A stretch of DNA of 64,000 nucleotides, from positions 49,826,309-49,890,308 of the forward strand of contig NC_068996.1 in assembly GCF_001194135.2 (NCBI RefSeq), in the 5' to 3' direction. This document shows, piece by piece, positions 62,773 through 64,000 of the stretch. The translations under genes and the position numbers were made by a program. The notes under the pieces are model-generated. The model searched no databases. It was not told where the DNA came from and was given only the letters and a program-made list of their open reading frames with translations. Each line of letters starts with the position of its first letter. The first letter of the stretch is position 1. The stretch is from Octopus bimaculoides (Eukaryota).

Positions 62773-62921
62773 CATTGAAAAATACCTTAGGAATGAGAAC
62801 CCAGGTTTGAAATTTCCCCAAGACACCTGAAGAAGGCTGGAGGGTATATCAGCCAAAACGTTGTGTTAACAACAAACAAGATGAGGACAAATATCCGTCA
62901 AATGTAAATAATGTAAATAAT
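62666..62921 (+). mobile_element. HH-SINE single copy: tRNA head + (TAA)n + body + hammerhead + (ATGTAAATA)2
   Basis: Box A TGGCGTAGTGG 62673-62683, box B GTTCGATTC 62718-62726; preceded by inverted ccatatgccc (62654-62663). Confidence 0.88.
62822..62867 (+). ncRNA. Hammerhead motif with G12A change, palindromic helix III intact
   Basis: gacac-CTGAAGA-a-ggctg[gagggtatat]cagcc-AAAAC-gtt-gtgtt. Confidence 0.65.
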
Positions 62922-63129
62922 AAAACAAGTTCTCAAAATGAAGTAAATAACATTCTATGAATTGGTAAAATTCTTGAGAACTCTTTATGAAACACTCACT
63001 TCCTGATAATTTTACCCCATACAGACCTAGAACTGCAGGGTTGGGTATCTCAGCAAAGACCTAGAAGAGGAGTTTAATACTGGCTGTCTATGGGAACTCC
63101 CTATATATTGATAGTTTGGCTTTTAAAAT

Positions 63130-64000
63130 TGAATCTATAGGAGAATTAGAAAAGAAATTCTAGGTTTCACAGCTAAACCTAGAATTGAGAGGTCTTATGG
63201 TAAACAATGTAATGTATGCAAGAGTGGTTAGGTGTGTGTTTGTTAGTGTAAAGTGAAATGATATTGTTTAGACAGATGTCACAAATACGTTTCTCCAATA
63301 TGTAAGTGTCAATAGAAGTGACGTTTAAAAGAGGAAATAAAATTTTTTTAGTGATGGTCAAATGGCCAGTGGCAAGGAAGTGGATCCAAGGTGCATAGAA
63401 GTGTTGTGGATGTAAAGGTTCAGGAGCAAAAGAAAAATCAAGGCTGGATGAAGAGTTACAGATCAGAAGGGTATGCAAAGTAGGGACTTGGTTGAAAGAA
63501 GGGAATGGATATTCATAGAATATGGGAGAGGTGACAGGATCTAAGTGAAGTATCTACTTCACTAGGAAGTGTGCTGGATGGGCTATTGAAAGGATAAGAT
63601 ATTAAGGGTGGAAAGTGAAGGGAAGAGCAGATGGTGGTGGGGTGGAGCAAGATGTGAGCATGGAAATGCAACAAATGTTCCAGGTGTGGAGGCAGGTATT
63701 ATTGACAATAATCTGGGGGTAACAGTGATGCGTTAACTGGAGGGCCGTCAGGTGTGTCTAGATCTTGAAGTAATGATCATGGTTACAGAGACAGCAAATG
63801 CATAGAAACTGTGAACATGGGATGGGGGTGGGAAAAGGTGAAGTCAGTTGACTTATAGGTGTAGAGTAGAGAGGGAGAGATTTGGATAGTTAACAGTGAT
63901 AGTGATGTCGAAGAAATTGAAAGAGGATGGGTTGGTGGTAGAAGCAAAATCAATGATTAACTGAAAGGAATAAATGAAGTTGATGAAGGTGGTGAGTTGA
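63130..64000 (-). mobile_element. Penelope-like element remnant (RT C-terminus to GIY-YIG endonuclease)
   Basis: LTTFINFIYSF...FNFFDITITV...YKSTD; FPFTFHP...LDPVTSPIF; HIGET; HTPNHS, all in PLE order with frameshifts. Confidence 0.75.

Noticed and set aside
63156-63186. Perfect 12-bp hairpin aattctaggttt-cacagct-aaacctagaatt
   Set aside because: Single occurrence, AT-rich, at the edge of a decayed element; no function can be supported.
52441-64000. Upstream KIBRA exons (WW domains, first coiled coil)
   Set aside because: No matching exon recognised by eye; the region is explained by repeats. A short exon could have been missed.

Overview
Animal genomic DNA: AT-rich, microsatellite-rich and repeat-dense, with 7 N-gaps. 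The repeat families look like those of Octopus (inference from recognition, not a database hit). One protein-coding gene spans most of the window on the minus strand, the KIBRA/WWC1 orthologue (Hippo-pathway scaffold). I reconstructed 18 GT-AG exons with consistent phases (3,060 nt, about 1,020 codons, 52440 down to 2670) covering the coiled coils, Ser-rich region, C2 domain, acidic region, aPKC-binding segment and C-terminal coiled coil. A tentative terminal exon at 2260-2350 lacks the usual PDZ-binding tail. The WW-domain exons were not found and probably lie beyond 64000. Introns are filled with mobile DNA: three tRNA-headed SINE families, many 5'-truncated 3'-UTR copies of an RTE LINE (one still attached to the ORF2 C-terminus), older RTE, R4/Dong-like and Penelope-like remnants, and Tc1, mariner, hAT, piggyBac and Helentron-like non-autonomous elements. 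Most interesting: a fourth tRNA-headed (Pol III box A/B) short element carrying a Penelope-type minimal hammerhead ribozyme. It occurs as a ~430-bp head-to-head palindrome (48856-49284) and as a single copy with a vestigial palindromic head (62654-62921), suggesting a ribozyme-bearing SINE mobilised by Penelope-like machinery.
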